A program made the translations under genes and the position numbers. Shown piece after piece: positions 40,085 through 49,442 of a stretch of 64,000 nt of DNA. Where the stretch lies: positions 128,001 through 192,000 of the forward strand of contig CBDDFZ010000002.1 of NCBI GenBank assembly GCA_965227515.1, given 5' to 3'. The notes below the pieces were generated by a model. The model was not told the DNA's origin. It searched no databases and saw only the letters and a program-made list of their open reading frames with translations. Source of the stretch: Alphaproteobacteria bacterium (GTDB lineage Bacteria; Pseudomonadota; Alphaproteobacteria; CALKHQ01). How positions within the stretch are numbered: the stretch's first letter is position 1; each line of letters opens with the position of its first letter.

Positions 40085-40852
40085 GTGACTGAACTCCTGA
40101 GCGTAACAGGCGTGACCAAGAAATTCGGCGGCGTGCAGGCGGTCGTCGACGCCAATATCGCCGTTCAGGCTGGGGCGATCACCGGTCTGATCGGCCCGAA
40201 TGGCGCCGGCAAGACCACACTGTTCAATGTCATATCCGGGATGACCCGGCCCGATGCGGGTCGCGTGACGTTCGACGGGCATGACATCACCGGCTGGTCG
40301 CCGGACCGCATCGCCCGTGTTGGGCTGACCCGCAGCTTCCAGATTGCGCGTGGTTTCCCATCGCTGACCGTCCTGGAGAGCCTGATGCTTTATGCGCCGG
40401 GCCAGGCCGGAGACAGTCTGGTGCCAGCCGTATTTCGGCCTGGTGCTTGGCGCGCCCAGGACCGTACGATCGCTGGCCGTGCGGCGCAGGTTGCGCAGAA
40501 ACTGAAGCTGGACCATGTCCTGGACAACCTGACGACGGCACTGTCCGGCGGCCAGAAGAAGTTGCTGGAAATCGGCCGAGCGCTGATGGCCGAGCCGAAG
40601 ATGATTCTGCTCGATGAACCGGTGGCCGGCGTCAACCCTAGCCTGTCGCGGGAGATCGCCGACGTTTTGGCAGGCCTGCGCGACGAGGGCTACACCTTCC
40701 TGGTCATCGAGCACGACATGGATACGGTGGCGCGCATCTGCGACCCGGTCGTCGTCATGGCGGAAGGCCGAGACCTGAAGGCCGGAAGCTTCGCCGACAT
40801 CGCCGAGGATACCGTGGTGCAGGATGCCTATCTAGGCCGGGCGGCCTCGTGA
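40085..40852 (+). CDS. Liv-type ABC ATP-binding protein (LivG-like)
   Basis: GPNGAGKTT; LSGGQ; LLDEP; AYLG. Confidence 0.92.
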   Translation: MTELLSVTGVTKKFGGVQAVVDANIAVQAGAITGLIGPNGAGKTTLFNVISGMTRPDAGRVTFDGHDITGWSPDRIARVGLTRSFQIARGFPSLTVLESLMLYAPGQAGDSLVPAVFRPGAWRAQDRTIAGRAAQVAQKLKLDHVLDNLTTALSGGQKKLLEIGRALMAEPKMILLDEPVAGVNPSLSREIADVLAGLRDEGYTFLVIEHDMDTVARICDPVVVMAEGRDLKAGSFADIAEDTVVQDAYLGRAAS

Positions 40853-41577
40853 GCAGGTTGACTGTCACCGGGCTTGCCGGCGGATATACCCTCGCAGACA
40901 GCATCCTGCGGGGCATCGACCTGACGGTTCAGGCCGGCCGACTGACGGCGATCATCGGGCCGAACGGCGCCGGCAAGTCGACCCTCTTGAAGGCGGTCGC
41001 CGGGCTGATCAAGATCACCGGGGGGACCATACGGTTCGACGAACGCGACATCACGCGAGCGGCCCCAGGCACCATCGCCGGGCTCGGCATCGGTTTCGTG
41101 CCGCAGGAAGCCAACGTGTTCGCCTCGCTCAGCGTGGCGGAGAATTTGGAAATGGCGGGCTGGCTGGAGCCGAAGCGAACCAGGGCGCGTCTGGCGGAAC
41201 TTTATGGGCGCTTTCCTGTCTTGGCCGAGAAGCGGCGTGAGATCTCGCGCCACCTCTCTGGCGGCCAGCGCCAGATCCTGGCCATGGCGATGGCGATGAT
41301 GACCGCGCCGACGATCCTGCTGCTCGACGAACCGACCGCGGGACTGAGCCCGGTCGCTGCCGCCGAGCTGTTTTCCGTCGTTGGCGGGATCAGGGCCGAT
41401 GGTGTCGGCATCGCCATGGTCGAGCAGAACGCCGTGTCCGCCTTGGAACACGCCGACGATGCCTATCTGCTGGTCGACGGTCGCAACGCCAAGACCGGCT
41501 CCGCCGCCGACTTTTTGGCCGACGAAAGCGTGCGACGGATGTTTCTTGGCAAGACGCATGAGGGCATGCCAGCTTAG
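40849..41577 (+). CDS. Liv-type ABC ATP-binding protein (LivF-like)
   Basis: GPNGAGKST; LSGGQRQ; LLDEPTAGLSP; VEQN. Confidence 0.92.
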   Translation: MSRLTVTGLAGGYTLADSILRGIDLTVQAGRLTAIIGPNGAGKSTLLKAVAGLIKITGGTIRFDERDITRAAPGTIAGLGIGFVPQEANVFASLSVAENLEMAGWLEPKRTRARLAELYGRFPVLAEKRREISRHLSGGQRQILAMAMAMMTAPTILLLDEPTAGLSPVAAAELFSVVGGIRADGVGIAMVEQNAVSALEHADDAYLLVDGRNAKTGSAADFLADESVRRMFLGKTHEGMPA

Positions 41578-41624
41578 CTTCGAACTGTAATATCTCCTAC
41601 CAAGCTCAACGAGGAGGACTCATC

Positions 41625-42833
41625 ATGCACAAGCGGTTCACATTCCACCGGCGTGGACTACTCGCGGGAACGGCCGCCGCCGCTGGTGTTGCCGCGCTGC
41701 CCGTTACCGCGCGCGCTCAATCCTCCGAGCCGGTGCGACTGGGCACCCTGACCCCGCTTACCGGCGTCGGCGGCAGTTATGGCCCGTCGATGCGCGATGC
41801 GGTCGTCGGCGTGGTCGATCAGGTCAACGCTGCTGGCGGCGTGCTCGGCCGTCAGATCGAAATCACATCGGAAGACACCCAGACCAACCCGGAAGCCGCC
41901 GTGCGCGCGGCGCGCAAGCTGATCGACGTCGACGACGTTTCGGCGATCATCGGCACTTGGGCATCGGCCTGCACCACCGCCGTGGCACCGAACTGTTGGG
42001 AGAGCCAGGTGATGTTGTTCACGGTGTCCGGCGCGGACTCGATCACCCAATTGCCGCATGAGGGCTACATCATCCGCACCCAGCCCAATAGCCAACTGCA
42101 GATCCAGGTCGGTTCCGAGTTCATGGTCCGCGAGGGGGCGACGCGCATGGCGTGGATCGGCCCGCAGACACCGTTTGCCGAGTCCTCGATCGCGATCATG
42201 CAGGAGGTGGCGGACGCCAACGGTCTCTCGATGGAAAGCCTGATCTACGAGGCCGACAAGACCACCTACCGCTCCGAGGTCGATCAACTTCTGGCTGGCG
42301 ACCCGGACTTCCTGCTGCTCGGAGGCTATGTCGGCGACACGACCGTGTTGCTGCGCGACCTTTATCAGGCGGGATACGAAGGCAAGCAGTTGGGCCCGGC
42401 CTACGCCGTCAACCAGAGCCTGCTCGACGCGGTACCACCGGAAGTGGCCGAGGGTGTCTTCACGTGGGAGGGTACGCCCGATGTGGGTTCCGGCGCTTAT
42501 GCGCGGGTGCAGGAGATCCTCGGTGTCGACACCATCGACCCCTATTCAGCGCAGACCTACGACCATGCCAACCTCGCCATCCTGTCAATCGCCGCCGCCG
42601 GATCGGCCGAGGGTAGCGCGATGAACGGCGCGGTCAGGACCATCAGCCAGGGCGATGGCGAGGCCGTGGATAATGCAGTCGACGGCCTTGCCGTTCTCGC
42701 CGACGGCGGTGCCATAAACTACCAGGGCGCCAGTGGCCCGTGCGATTTCAACGACATCGGCGACATAACCGGCACCCAGTTCCTGTTCAACCGAATCGAG
42801 GGTGGCGCTCACGTCGAGTATGAGCGGGTGTAG
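41625..42833 (+). CDS. Liv-type ABC substrate-binding protein, Tat-exported
   Basis: GAGGAGG RBS; HRRGLL signal; PLTG; VNAAGGVLGR; D.QT.P. Confidence 0.9.
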   Translation: MHKRFTFHRRGLLAGTAAAAGVAALPVTARAQSSEPVRLGTLTPLTGVGGSYGPSMRDAVVGVVDQVNAAGGVLGRQIEITSEDTQTNPEAAVRAARKLIDVDDVSAIIGTWASACTTAVAPNCWESQVMLFTVSGADSITQLPHEGYIIRTQPNSQLQIQVGSEFMVREGATRMAWIGPQTPFAESSIAIMQEVADANGLSMESLIYEADKTTYRSEVDQLLAGDPDFLLLGGYVGDTTVLLRDLYQAGYEGKQLGPAYAVNQSLLDAVPPEVAEGVFTWEGTPDVGSGAYARVQEILGVDTIDPYSAQTYDHANLAILSIAAAGSAEGSAMNGAVRTISQGDGEAVDNAVDGLAVLADGGAINYQGASGPCDFNDIGDITGTQFLFNRIEGGAHVEYERV

Positions 42834-42861
42834 GTCCCCGAAAGACTCAATGCACCTCGTT

Positions 42862-42890
42862 TGTCGCCCTCGGCCTTGTGTCGGGGGCGA
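42862..42890. repeat. Single degenerate REP-like hairpin after the SBP gene
   Basis: tgtcgccctcggc-cttgt-gtcgggggcga shares the TGTC start and CTTGT loop with the unit at 3995. Confidence 0.5.
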
Positions 42891-42937
42891 ATGCGCGGCC
42901 CACGTGACCGCGTCGGCGGCCCAACACCGGAACCCTC

Positions 42938-43801
42938 ATGGAGTTGATCCCTCAGCTTCTGATCAACGGCATCCTCTACGGCAGCTTGCTCACGCTGCCG
43001 GCCATCGGCTTCACCACGATATTTGCCGTCCAGCGATTCCCTAATTTCTCCGTCGCCTCCATCGCGACCGTCGGCGCGTTCGCCGGTTGGGTCGCCAATG
43101 TCTCCCTCGGCCTGCCCATCATCCCCGCCATCCTGATGGCGTTCATCATCGCTGGCGTCGTCGGCGTCCTCTGCGACGAAATCGTGCTGAAGCCGATGCG
43201 GCCCTATGGGGCGCTGACCACGGCCATCGCCTCCATCGCGCTGACTGTGGTTCTGGAGAACATGATCCGCTTCGGCTTCGGCAATGACCTGCGCGGCTAC
43301 GACCTGCCGCTGGTGCGCGACTGGCGTTTCTGGGGCGTGCGGGTCGGCCCGCAGCAGGTCGAGAACCTGGTCCTCGCCACCGTTGCGATGGCGGCCTTGT
43401 TCCTGTTCCTGCGCTTCGGGCGCCTCGGCAAGGCGATGCGCGCCGTTGCCGACAACCCCCAGCTTGCGACCCTGAAGGGCATTCCGGCGGCCAACGTGAC
43501 CCGGCTGGCGGTGTTTATTGCCATGGGACTGGTGGGCGTCGGCGGCATCCTGCAAGGGCTCGGCACCTCGATCGACCCGCTGACCGGTTTCCGCTTCATC
43601 CTTTCCATCTTCGCGGCCGCCGTTGTCGGCGGCCTCGGCAGCATTCCCGGCGCGGTGCTCGGTGCCTTCATCATCGGTATCGGCGAGGACCTGTCGCTGG
43701 TGGTGCTGGACCCGACGTACAAGAGCGCGATCGGCTTTCTCGCCATTCTGATCGTGCTCACGCTCAGGCCGCAGGGCCTGCTCGGGCGGCGCACGACGTG
43801 A
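42938..43801 (+). CDS. Liv-type ABC permease (LivH-like)
   Basis: GKAMRAVADN..LA...GI; AAVVGGLGSIPGA. Confidence 0.92.
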   Translation: MELIPQLLINGILYGSLLTLPAIGFTTIFAVQRFPNFSVASIATVGAFAGWVANVSLGLPIIPAILMAFIIAGVVGVLCDEIVLKPMRPYGALTTAIASIALTVVLENMIRFGFGNDLRGYDLPLVRDWRFWGVRVGPQQVENLVLATVAMAALFLFLRFGRLGKAMRAVADNPQLATLKGIPAANVTRLAVFIAMGLVGVGGILQGLGTSIDPLTGFRFILSIFAAAVVGGLGSIPGAVLGAFIIGIGEDLSLVVLDPTYKSAIGFLAILIVLTLRPQGLLGRRTT

Positions 43802-44736
43802 TCAGCTACCTCGCCTCGCTCGGTGTTACGGTCGGTATCTATGCCCTCCTCGCGCTCGGCATCAATGTCGCGTGGGGCATGACCGGCATGATCAACCTGG
43901 GCATGGCCGGGTTCTTCGCCCTCGGCGCCTACGCCAGCGCCATCGCCACCACGACCGGGGACCAGCCGATCGTACTCGGCGTGATCATTGGTGCGGTATT
44001 CGCCACCGCCGGCGGGTTGCTGCTGGCCGCCGTCACCCTTCGCCTCAGGGGCGATTATCTGGCGATCGTCACCCTCGGGTTTTCGGAGAGCGTGCGACTG
44101 TTCGTGACCAACGAGATCTGGCTGACCAAGGGGCCGGACGGCATCTCGAACATCCCGGGCCCGTGGCGTGGCGAGATCACGCCGTTCGAGTTTAACCTGC
44201 TGTTCCTCGGCCTGATGGTGGCGGTGCTAATTACCGTGGTGGTGCTGTTGCGCAATCTTGCCAACGGGCCGTACGGTCGGGCCTTGCGCGCGATCCGTGA
44301 CGATGACGCGGTGGCCGCTGTGGCTGGTAAGCCGGTGCCGCGGCTGAGGTTGGAGGCGTTCGCGCTCGGCGCCGGATTGCTCGGGCTCGCGGGCGCGCTA
44401 TTCGGTCACTACAACAGCTACATTGCGCCAGATATCTTTCGCCCGCTGATCACCATCTACATTTTCCTGGCACTGACCGCCGGCGGCCCGGGAAACATCT
44501 TGGGTGCGGTGGCCGGCGCCTTCATTGTGGTCGCCGTGCTCGAGGGCACCCGCTTCCTGGGCGAAGCGGTACCCGGGCTGTCGGGGGTTCAGGTCGCCGC
44601 ATTGCGTGAGATGGCCATCGGCGTGCTGCTGATCCTTGCCTTGCGCTTCCGGCCGCGCGGGCTGATACCGGAGCGGCCGCTGCGCGCCCGCGAGGTCGGC
44701 ATCGCCATACCCGGCGGCGACACCAAGAGGTCCTGA
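43798..44736 (+). CDS. Liv-type ABC permease (LivM-like)
   Basis: G.TG.INLG.AGFF..GAY; LRLRGDYLAIVTLGF; RAIRDD. Confidence 0.92.
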   Translation: MISYLASLGVTVGIYALLALGINVAWGMTGMINLGMAGFFALGAYASAIATTTGDQPIVLGVIIGAVFATAGGLLLAAVTLRLRGDYLAIVTLGFSESVRLFVTNEIWLTKGPDGISNIPGPWRGEITPFEFNLLFLGLMVAVLITVVVLLRNLANGPYGRALRAIRDDDAVAAVAGKPVPRLRLEAFALGAGLLGLAGALFGHYNSYIAPDIFRPLITIYIFLALTAGGPGNILGAVAGAFIVVAVLEGTRFLGEAVPGLSGVQVAALREMAIGVLLILALRFRPRGLIPERPLRAREVGIAIPGGDTKRS

Positions 44737-44739
44737 CCG

Positions 44740-45282
44740 ATGACAGGAGACACTTCGCTTGCCGATGCCATGATGGGCCTCGCCGAAGTTGCCGCGGTCC
44801 CCGGCCAGCCGCTGCCATTCTATGACAAGCTGTCCGCGACCGTGGCCGCGCTGATCGGGCACCGCCTGTTCACCCTGATGGTGCTGGACATGGCGGCCGA
44901 CGAGGCGGCGCGCATCTACTCCAGCGACCCGCAATCCTATCCAGTGGGCGGGCGCAAACCCCTGGGCGAGATGACCGGCTGGGGCGAAGTCGTGATCGTC
45001 GGCCGTCGGCCCTATCTTGGACGTACCGCAGCCGACATCCGGTGGGCGTTCTTCGACCATGAGCTGATCGAAAGCCTGGGCTGCGGCGCGGTAATCAACG
45101 TGCCCGTGCAATGGGACGGCCAGATCCTCGGCACGATGAACATCCTGGATGCCGAATATGCCTATGACGAAACGCACCTCGCGCGGGTCCTGCCGCTTGC
45201 GCCGGTGCTTGTTGGGCCGTTTCTACAGGCGATCGCGTCGCCTGGCCTTCATCCGGAACCCGTCGGGACGACCATGCCATGA
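44740..45282 (+). CDS. Stand-alone GAF-domain protein
   Basis: GHRLFT, RIYSS.P..YPVGGRK, FFDHELI.SLG...VINVPV..DG..LGT.N.L. Confidence 0.75.
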   Translation: MTGDTSLADAMMGLAEVAAVPGQPLPFYDKLSATVAALIGHRLFTLMVLDMAADEAARIYSSDPQSYPVGGRKPLGEMTGWGEVVIVGRRPYLGRTAADIRWAFFDHELIESLGCGAVINVPVQWDGQILGTMNILDAEYAYDETHLARVLPLAPVLVGPFLQAIASPGLHPEPVGTTMP

Positions 45283-46514
45283 CCACGCTTCTGTTTCGCA
45301 ATGCCGCCGTTTTCGACGGCACCACCGATCACCTGCGCGAAGGGTGTGACGTTGCGATTGAGGATGACCGGATCGTGGAGGTTTCGGAGACGCCTATTAC
45401 AACCACGGTCGACGCCACCATCGACCTTCGGGGCAAGACCCTGATGCCGGGCCTGATCGACTGCCATTTCCATGCAATCGCGGTTGACCCTGATATCGCG
45501 GCTATCGAGCGCATGGCGCCGTCGACCCTGGCGTTACGGGCGGGGCGGCTGCTGGAGGGCGCGCTGATGCGCGGCTTCACCACCCTGCGCGATGCCGGCG
45601 GTGCCGACTACGGCCTCGCTCGCGCCATCGAGGATGGGGTGATCAAAGGGCCGCGCCTGTTCTATTCCGGCAAGGCGCTGTCGCAGTCCGGCGGCCATGG
45701 CGATTTCAGCCTATTCGAGGGAGGCACGGTATGCCACTGCTGCGCCTTCAGCGGCCACGGTCTGACCCACATCGCCGATGGTGTCGACGAGGTGCGCAAG
45801 GCCGCCCGGCAGGAACTCCGGCGTGGCGCCACCCAGATCAAGATCATGGCGTCGGGCGGCGTTGCCTCGCCGACCGATCCGATCTGGAACCTGCAATACT
45901 CAGAGGACGAAATCCGCGCTGCGGTGTGGGAAGCGAAGAGCTGGCGCACCTACGTCATGGCCCATGCCTACACCCCAGAGGCGATCGACCGCTGCGTGCG
46001 CTATGGCGTGCGCACCATCGAGCACGGCAACCTGATCGACGACGAAACCGCGGCGGTGGTGGCCGAACATGGCGCATACGTGGTGCCTACCCTGGTGACC
46101 TATGAGGCGATGAGCAAGTTCGGCGCTGAGCAGGGGCTTCCTGAGGCCAGTCTCGCCAAGCTCGGCGACGTATCCGAGGCCGGGCTCGGCGCACTGGAGA
46201 TTCTGAAACGCGCCGGCGTGAGGATGGGGCTCGGGACCGACCTCCTTGGTGAGATGCATGCCCACCAGTCGCGGGAGCTTTCACTACGCGCCGAGGTGCT
46301 GTCGCCGTTCGAGGTGCTGCATTCGGCCACCGCGATGAACGCGGAAATCGTGCAGCGCAGCGGCGAGCTCGGCGTGGTTGCCGCCGGGGCGCTCGCCGAT
46401 CTCCTGGTCATTGATGGAGATCCCCTCGCCGACATCGCAGTGCTGGAGCGCCACGACGCTGCGCTTAGCGCGATCATGAAGGGCGGGGAATTCGTCAGGA
46501 CGAGCCTAGCCTAG
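45279..46514 (+). CDS. Metal-dependent amidohydrolase (prolidase/carboxypeptidase-like subgroup)
   Basis: PGLIDCHFH, GFTT.RDAGG, IKIMASGG, MAHAY, IEHGN, GTD. Confidence 0.92.
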   Translation: MTTLLFRNAAVFDGTTDHLREGCDVAIEDDRIVEVSETPITTTVDATIDLRGKTLMPGLIDCHFHAIAVDPDIAAIERMAPSTLALRAGRLLEGALMRGFTTLRDAGGADYGLARAIEDGVIKGPRLFYSGKALSQSGGHGDFSLFEGGTVCHCCAFSGHGLTHIADGVDEVRKAARQELRRGATQIKIMASGGVASPTDPIWNLQYSEDEIRAAVWEAKSWRTYVMAHAYTPEAIDRCVRYGVRTIEHGNLIDDETAAVVAEHGAYVVPTLVTYEAMSKFGAEQGLPEASLAKLGDVSEAGLGALEILKRAGVRMGLGTDLLGEMHAHQSRELSLRAEVLSPFEVLHSATAMNAEIVQRSGELGVVAAGALADLLVIDGDPLADIAVLERHDAALSAIMKGGEFVRTSLA

Positions 46515-46565
46515 ATCGTTTCCCTTTCCCTGAGCCGGCACCGGGCCAAATGATCGGCGCTTGGC

Positions 46566-47078
46566 GGCATTGCCACGTGAATGATAGCGATCGGGGGGCA
46601 ACTAAGGCATGCGCCGATGCAGCCAATGTCCTATGCACGCCACCAGTTTCCGCCTGATTCGATCCAGCAGGCGATCTGGCTTTGCCTCCGTTTCACGCTC
46701 AGCTACCGCGATGTGGAGGGGCTGCTCGCCGCGTGCGGGCTCGATGTCGGCTATGAATCGATCCGTCGCTGGGTGCTGAAGTTCGGGGCGATTGTTGCGC
46801 GCTGGCTGCGGCGGCTTCGTCCCAAACCCAGCCCGCGCTGGCACCTCGACGAAATGGTCGTGTGTATCGCTGGGGGACAGATGTACTTGTGGCGGGCCGT
46901 CGACGATGAAGGCGAGGTATTGGACGTCCTCGTCCAGCGTCATCTCACTTGCCGCCGCACCCTGCGCGTCTTCAGAGCCCAGTCCATAGATCAATGGCAC
47001 GCGGCAAAAGTGGCAGCATGAGGTCTAAACGTGAGACTGTGGCAACCACGACGTCAATCCGGTTCCCGTGACAATGCC
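46566..47078 (+). mobile_element. IS6-family element, internally deleted, both inverted repeats retained
   Basis: Left GGCATTGCCACG versus right-end reverse complement GGCATTGTCACG (11 of 12); transposase FPP..I..A.W...RF.LSYRDVE, WHLDE, YLWRAVD.EGE.LD then jumps in frame to the C-terminal RHL..R...R.FR segment; 513 bp in total. Confidence 0.88.
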
Positions 47079-47402
47079 TTCCCACCGGGTTCTGCTTGCC
47101 CTGGGCACGTTTGTCTCGCGTCCAAAAAGGCGCGCCAAGACCGGCGGGCTCGCGACGCCGCCATTGCCGCGAATACGACAACTGGCCAAATGTAACTTGG
47201 AAAGATCTCATTCAGAACCTGAATGCTTGTATTTTGTGGATTCATGAACTTCCCATTGACGCACGCGCCCACTGTTGACGAACTCCTGCCGGGGCTCGTG
47301 GCAAGCGAGAGCGAAACAAGGATGTAGGTGCAACAGGAAGCTGGCGAAGCGTCGGCATCCGCGAGGCAGGCGCCGTTCGGTGCGTCGGGCGGGATGCCGC
47401 CG

Positions 47403-48431
47403 TCAGGTCGACGCCGCTTGGTCGGAAGACTTGCGGAGGATGAGCCTCGGCTCGTGGACATGCCGGCCGATCGGGGCATCGGGGCTTTCAATGCGCTTGA
47501 TCAGAAGCTCCGCCGCCATGCGCCCCACATCCCGCGCATCCATGGAAACCGTGGACAGCGGCGGGTAGGACATCTCGGTCTCGGGCATGCCGTCGAAGCC
47601 GATCAGCGCCATGTCCCGCCCGGGCTCCAGGTTGTGCCGCCGCAGTCCGTGCATGACCGAGATGGCCACGAAATCGTTGTAGCAGAGCGCCGCCGTGGGA
47701 CGACTGTCCAGCGACAGCACTTTCTCCACATCCGAAACGCCGCTGGTCCGCGACGGCCTGCTCTCGACGACCAGCGATGGGTCGTAGGCGATGCCGGCTT
47801 TCTGCAACGCGCTGAAGTATCCGGAGACGCGATCCGCCCGAGAGGGATTGCCCGGCTGGCCGCCAAGAAATGCGATCCGCCGGTGCCCCATGCGCAGGAG
47901 TTCCGCCGTCGCCATCTGCCCGGCGCGAAAATTGTCCGGCCCGCAAAAGTCGAACCTGTCGTCGGGCCACGGCCGCACGGCAATGCACGTCGGGACGCGT
48001 TGGGCATGAAGGCGGTCGAACGTCTTGTGGTGGGTGCCCGTGGCCGGGCAGATGATAAGGCCCGCCACGCCATGCTCGATCAGCGAGGTGGCGATGTCGT
48101 GCTGATGGTCGGGGTCCTCGCCGGACTGGACCAGGTAAACGAAGTAGTCTTCCTTCTCCGCCTGCCCCTCGATCGCCGCGGTCAGCTCCGCGAAGAACGG
48201 GTTGGTCAGGTCATTGATGATCAGCCCGATCGCCTGTGAGGACTGGGTGCGCAGGTTGGCCGCGTTCCGGTTGTAGGTGTAGCCGAGCAACTGCATCGAG
48301 GCATTGACGCGGTCTCGCGTGCCAGCGCTTATCCGGCTGTTGCCGCGCAGGACGAGCGACACCGTGGAGCGCGAAACCCCGGCGTGGTTGGCGATATCGT
48401 TGATCGTGACGCGTTTCTGGCGGGCAACCAT
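47403..48431 (-). CDS. LacI-family transcriptional regulator
   Basis: VTINDIA..AGVSRSTVSLVL HTH; Y.YNR.AA.LR hinge; NPFF; IGFDG. Confidence 0.95.
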   Translation of the reverse strand: MVARQKRVTINDIANHAGVSRSTVSLVLRGNSRISAGTRDRVNASMQLLGYTYNRNAANLRTQSSQAIGLIINDLTNPFFAELTAAIEGQAEKEDYFVYLVQSGEDPDHQHDIATSLIEHGVAGLIICPATGTHHKTFDRLHAQRVPTCIAVRPWPDDRFDFCGPDNFRAGQMATAELLRMGHRRIAFLGGQPGNPSRADRVSGYFSALQKAGIAYDPSLVVESRPSRTSGVSDVEKVLSLDSRPTAALCYNDFVAISVMHGLRRHNLEPGRDMALIGFDGMPETEMSYPPLSTVSMDARDVGRMAAELLIKRIESPDAPIGRHVHEPRLILRKSSDQAAST

Positions 48432-48434
48432 GCA

Positions 48435-49229
48435 TCAGGCACCGGTGAAGTGCGGGCTCCGCTTGGCATGGAACGCCGCAATGCCCTCCTTCATATCATC
48501 AGTTGCCTGGGTCGCAATGCCGCCCAGCAGCTCCAGGGAAAATGCGGCATCGCTGCCGGCGTCCCCATCGACGATACGTTTGGCCAGCTGAACGGCGACC
48601 GGCGCGAGCCCGGCGATACGGGCCGCGATGTCGCGGGCGGTGGCCAGCGCCGCGCCCGGCGCGCACAGCGTGTTGACCAGGCCCCAGGCCTCGGCACGGT
48701 CGGCGCGCACCTGCTCGGCCGCCAGGATGATCTGCTTTGCACGCGACCGTCCCACCAGTTCGGCGAGCCGCCGCGTGCCGCCCCAGCCAGGCACGGTCCC
48801 CAAACTGACCTCGGGCAGCCCCAGCAGCGCGTCGTTCTCGGCCACCCTGAGGTCGGCGGCCAGCGCCAGTTCCAGGCCGCCGCCGAACGCCATGCCGTGG
48901 ATAGCGGCGATGACCGGCACCCGGCACCTGGCGACGGCGTCGAACACGCGATGGCCGGTGCCGATCCAACCGGTGCGGAATTCCTGTGGCGACAGTGCGG
49001 ACCAGGCATTGACATCGGCGCCGACGCTGAAGCAGCGACCATTGCCGCCGATGACCAGCGCCCTGATGTCGGCGTCGGCGTCGACGCGGCGAAGCATCGC
49101 TTCCAGCGTTTCCAGCATCTCGGGGGTCAGCGCGTTCAGCTTGGCCGGGCGATCCAGCGCCACGTGCGCAATGCCGTCCGTCGCCTCGAAAGCAATGTTC
49201 GTCAATCTCTCACCCCTTGGTGAATCCAA
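48435..49229 (-). CDS. Enoyl-CoA hydratase/isomerase (crotonase family)
   Basis: RP.KLNAL, FSVGAD, GGGLELAL and LPEV.LG.VPGWGG with both catalytic Glu; exact start uncertain. Confidence 0.92.
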   Translation of the reverse strand: MDSPRGERLTNIAFEATDGIAHVALDRPAKLNALTPEMLETLEAMLRRVDADADIRALVIGGNGRCFSVGADVNAWSALSPQEFRTGWIGTGHRVFDAVARCRVPVIAAIHGMAFGGGLELALAADLRVAENDALLGLPEVSLGTVPGWGGTRRLAELVGRSRAKQIILAAEQVRADRAEAWGLVNTLCAPGAALATARDIAARIAGLAPVAVQLAKRIVDGDAGSDAAFSLELLGGIATQATDDMKEGIAAFHAKRSPHFTGA

Positions 49230-49232
49230 TGA

Positions 49233-49246
49233 TAGAACGATCTACT
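49233..49246. promoter_or_regulatory. LacI-type operator, copy 1
   Basis: TAGAACGATCTACT, near-palindromic around a central CG, immediately upstream of the crotonase gene. Confidence 0.75.
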
Positions 49247-49366
49247 TTGCATGCTATGAGTGAAGAGCTTGCATGGCAATCGAATTTTCCGGTTGGGATA
49301 AGAGAAATAGACTTCTGAAATAGTGGTTTTGGGCGGTCACGGATCAAGCGATTGCTTGATTCGCGA

Positions 49367-49410
49367 TTGACACCCCATTCTGGCTGCGATAGCACGTAGA
49401 ACGATCTACT
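49367..49410 (+). promoter_or_regulatory. Sigma70-like promoter with adjacent LacI-type operator, copy 2
   Basis: TTGACA (49367-49372), 17 bp, TAGCAC, then the identical TAGAACGATCTACT at 49397-49410. Confidence 0.72.
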
Positions 49411-49442
49411 AAGCATGAATGGTGTGAATGGGAGGAAATATC

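Noticed and set aside
46512-46523. TAGATCGTTTCC resembling the reverse complement of the 49233 operator
   Set aside because: Partial match overlapping a stop codon, not upstream of any gene
47079-47402. AT-rich intergenic stretch as sRNA or small gene
   Set aside because: No convincing ORF, terminator or recognisable RNA motif by eye; an Rfam search would be needed
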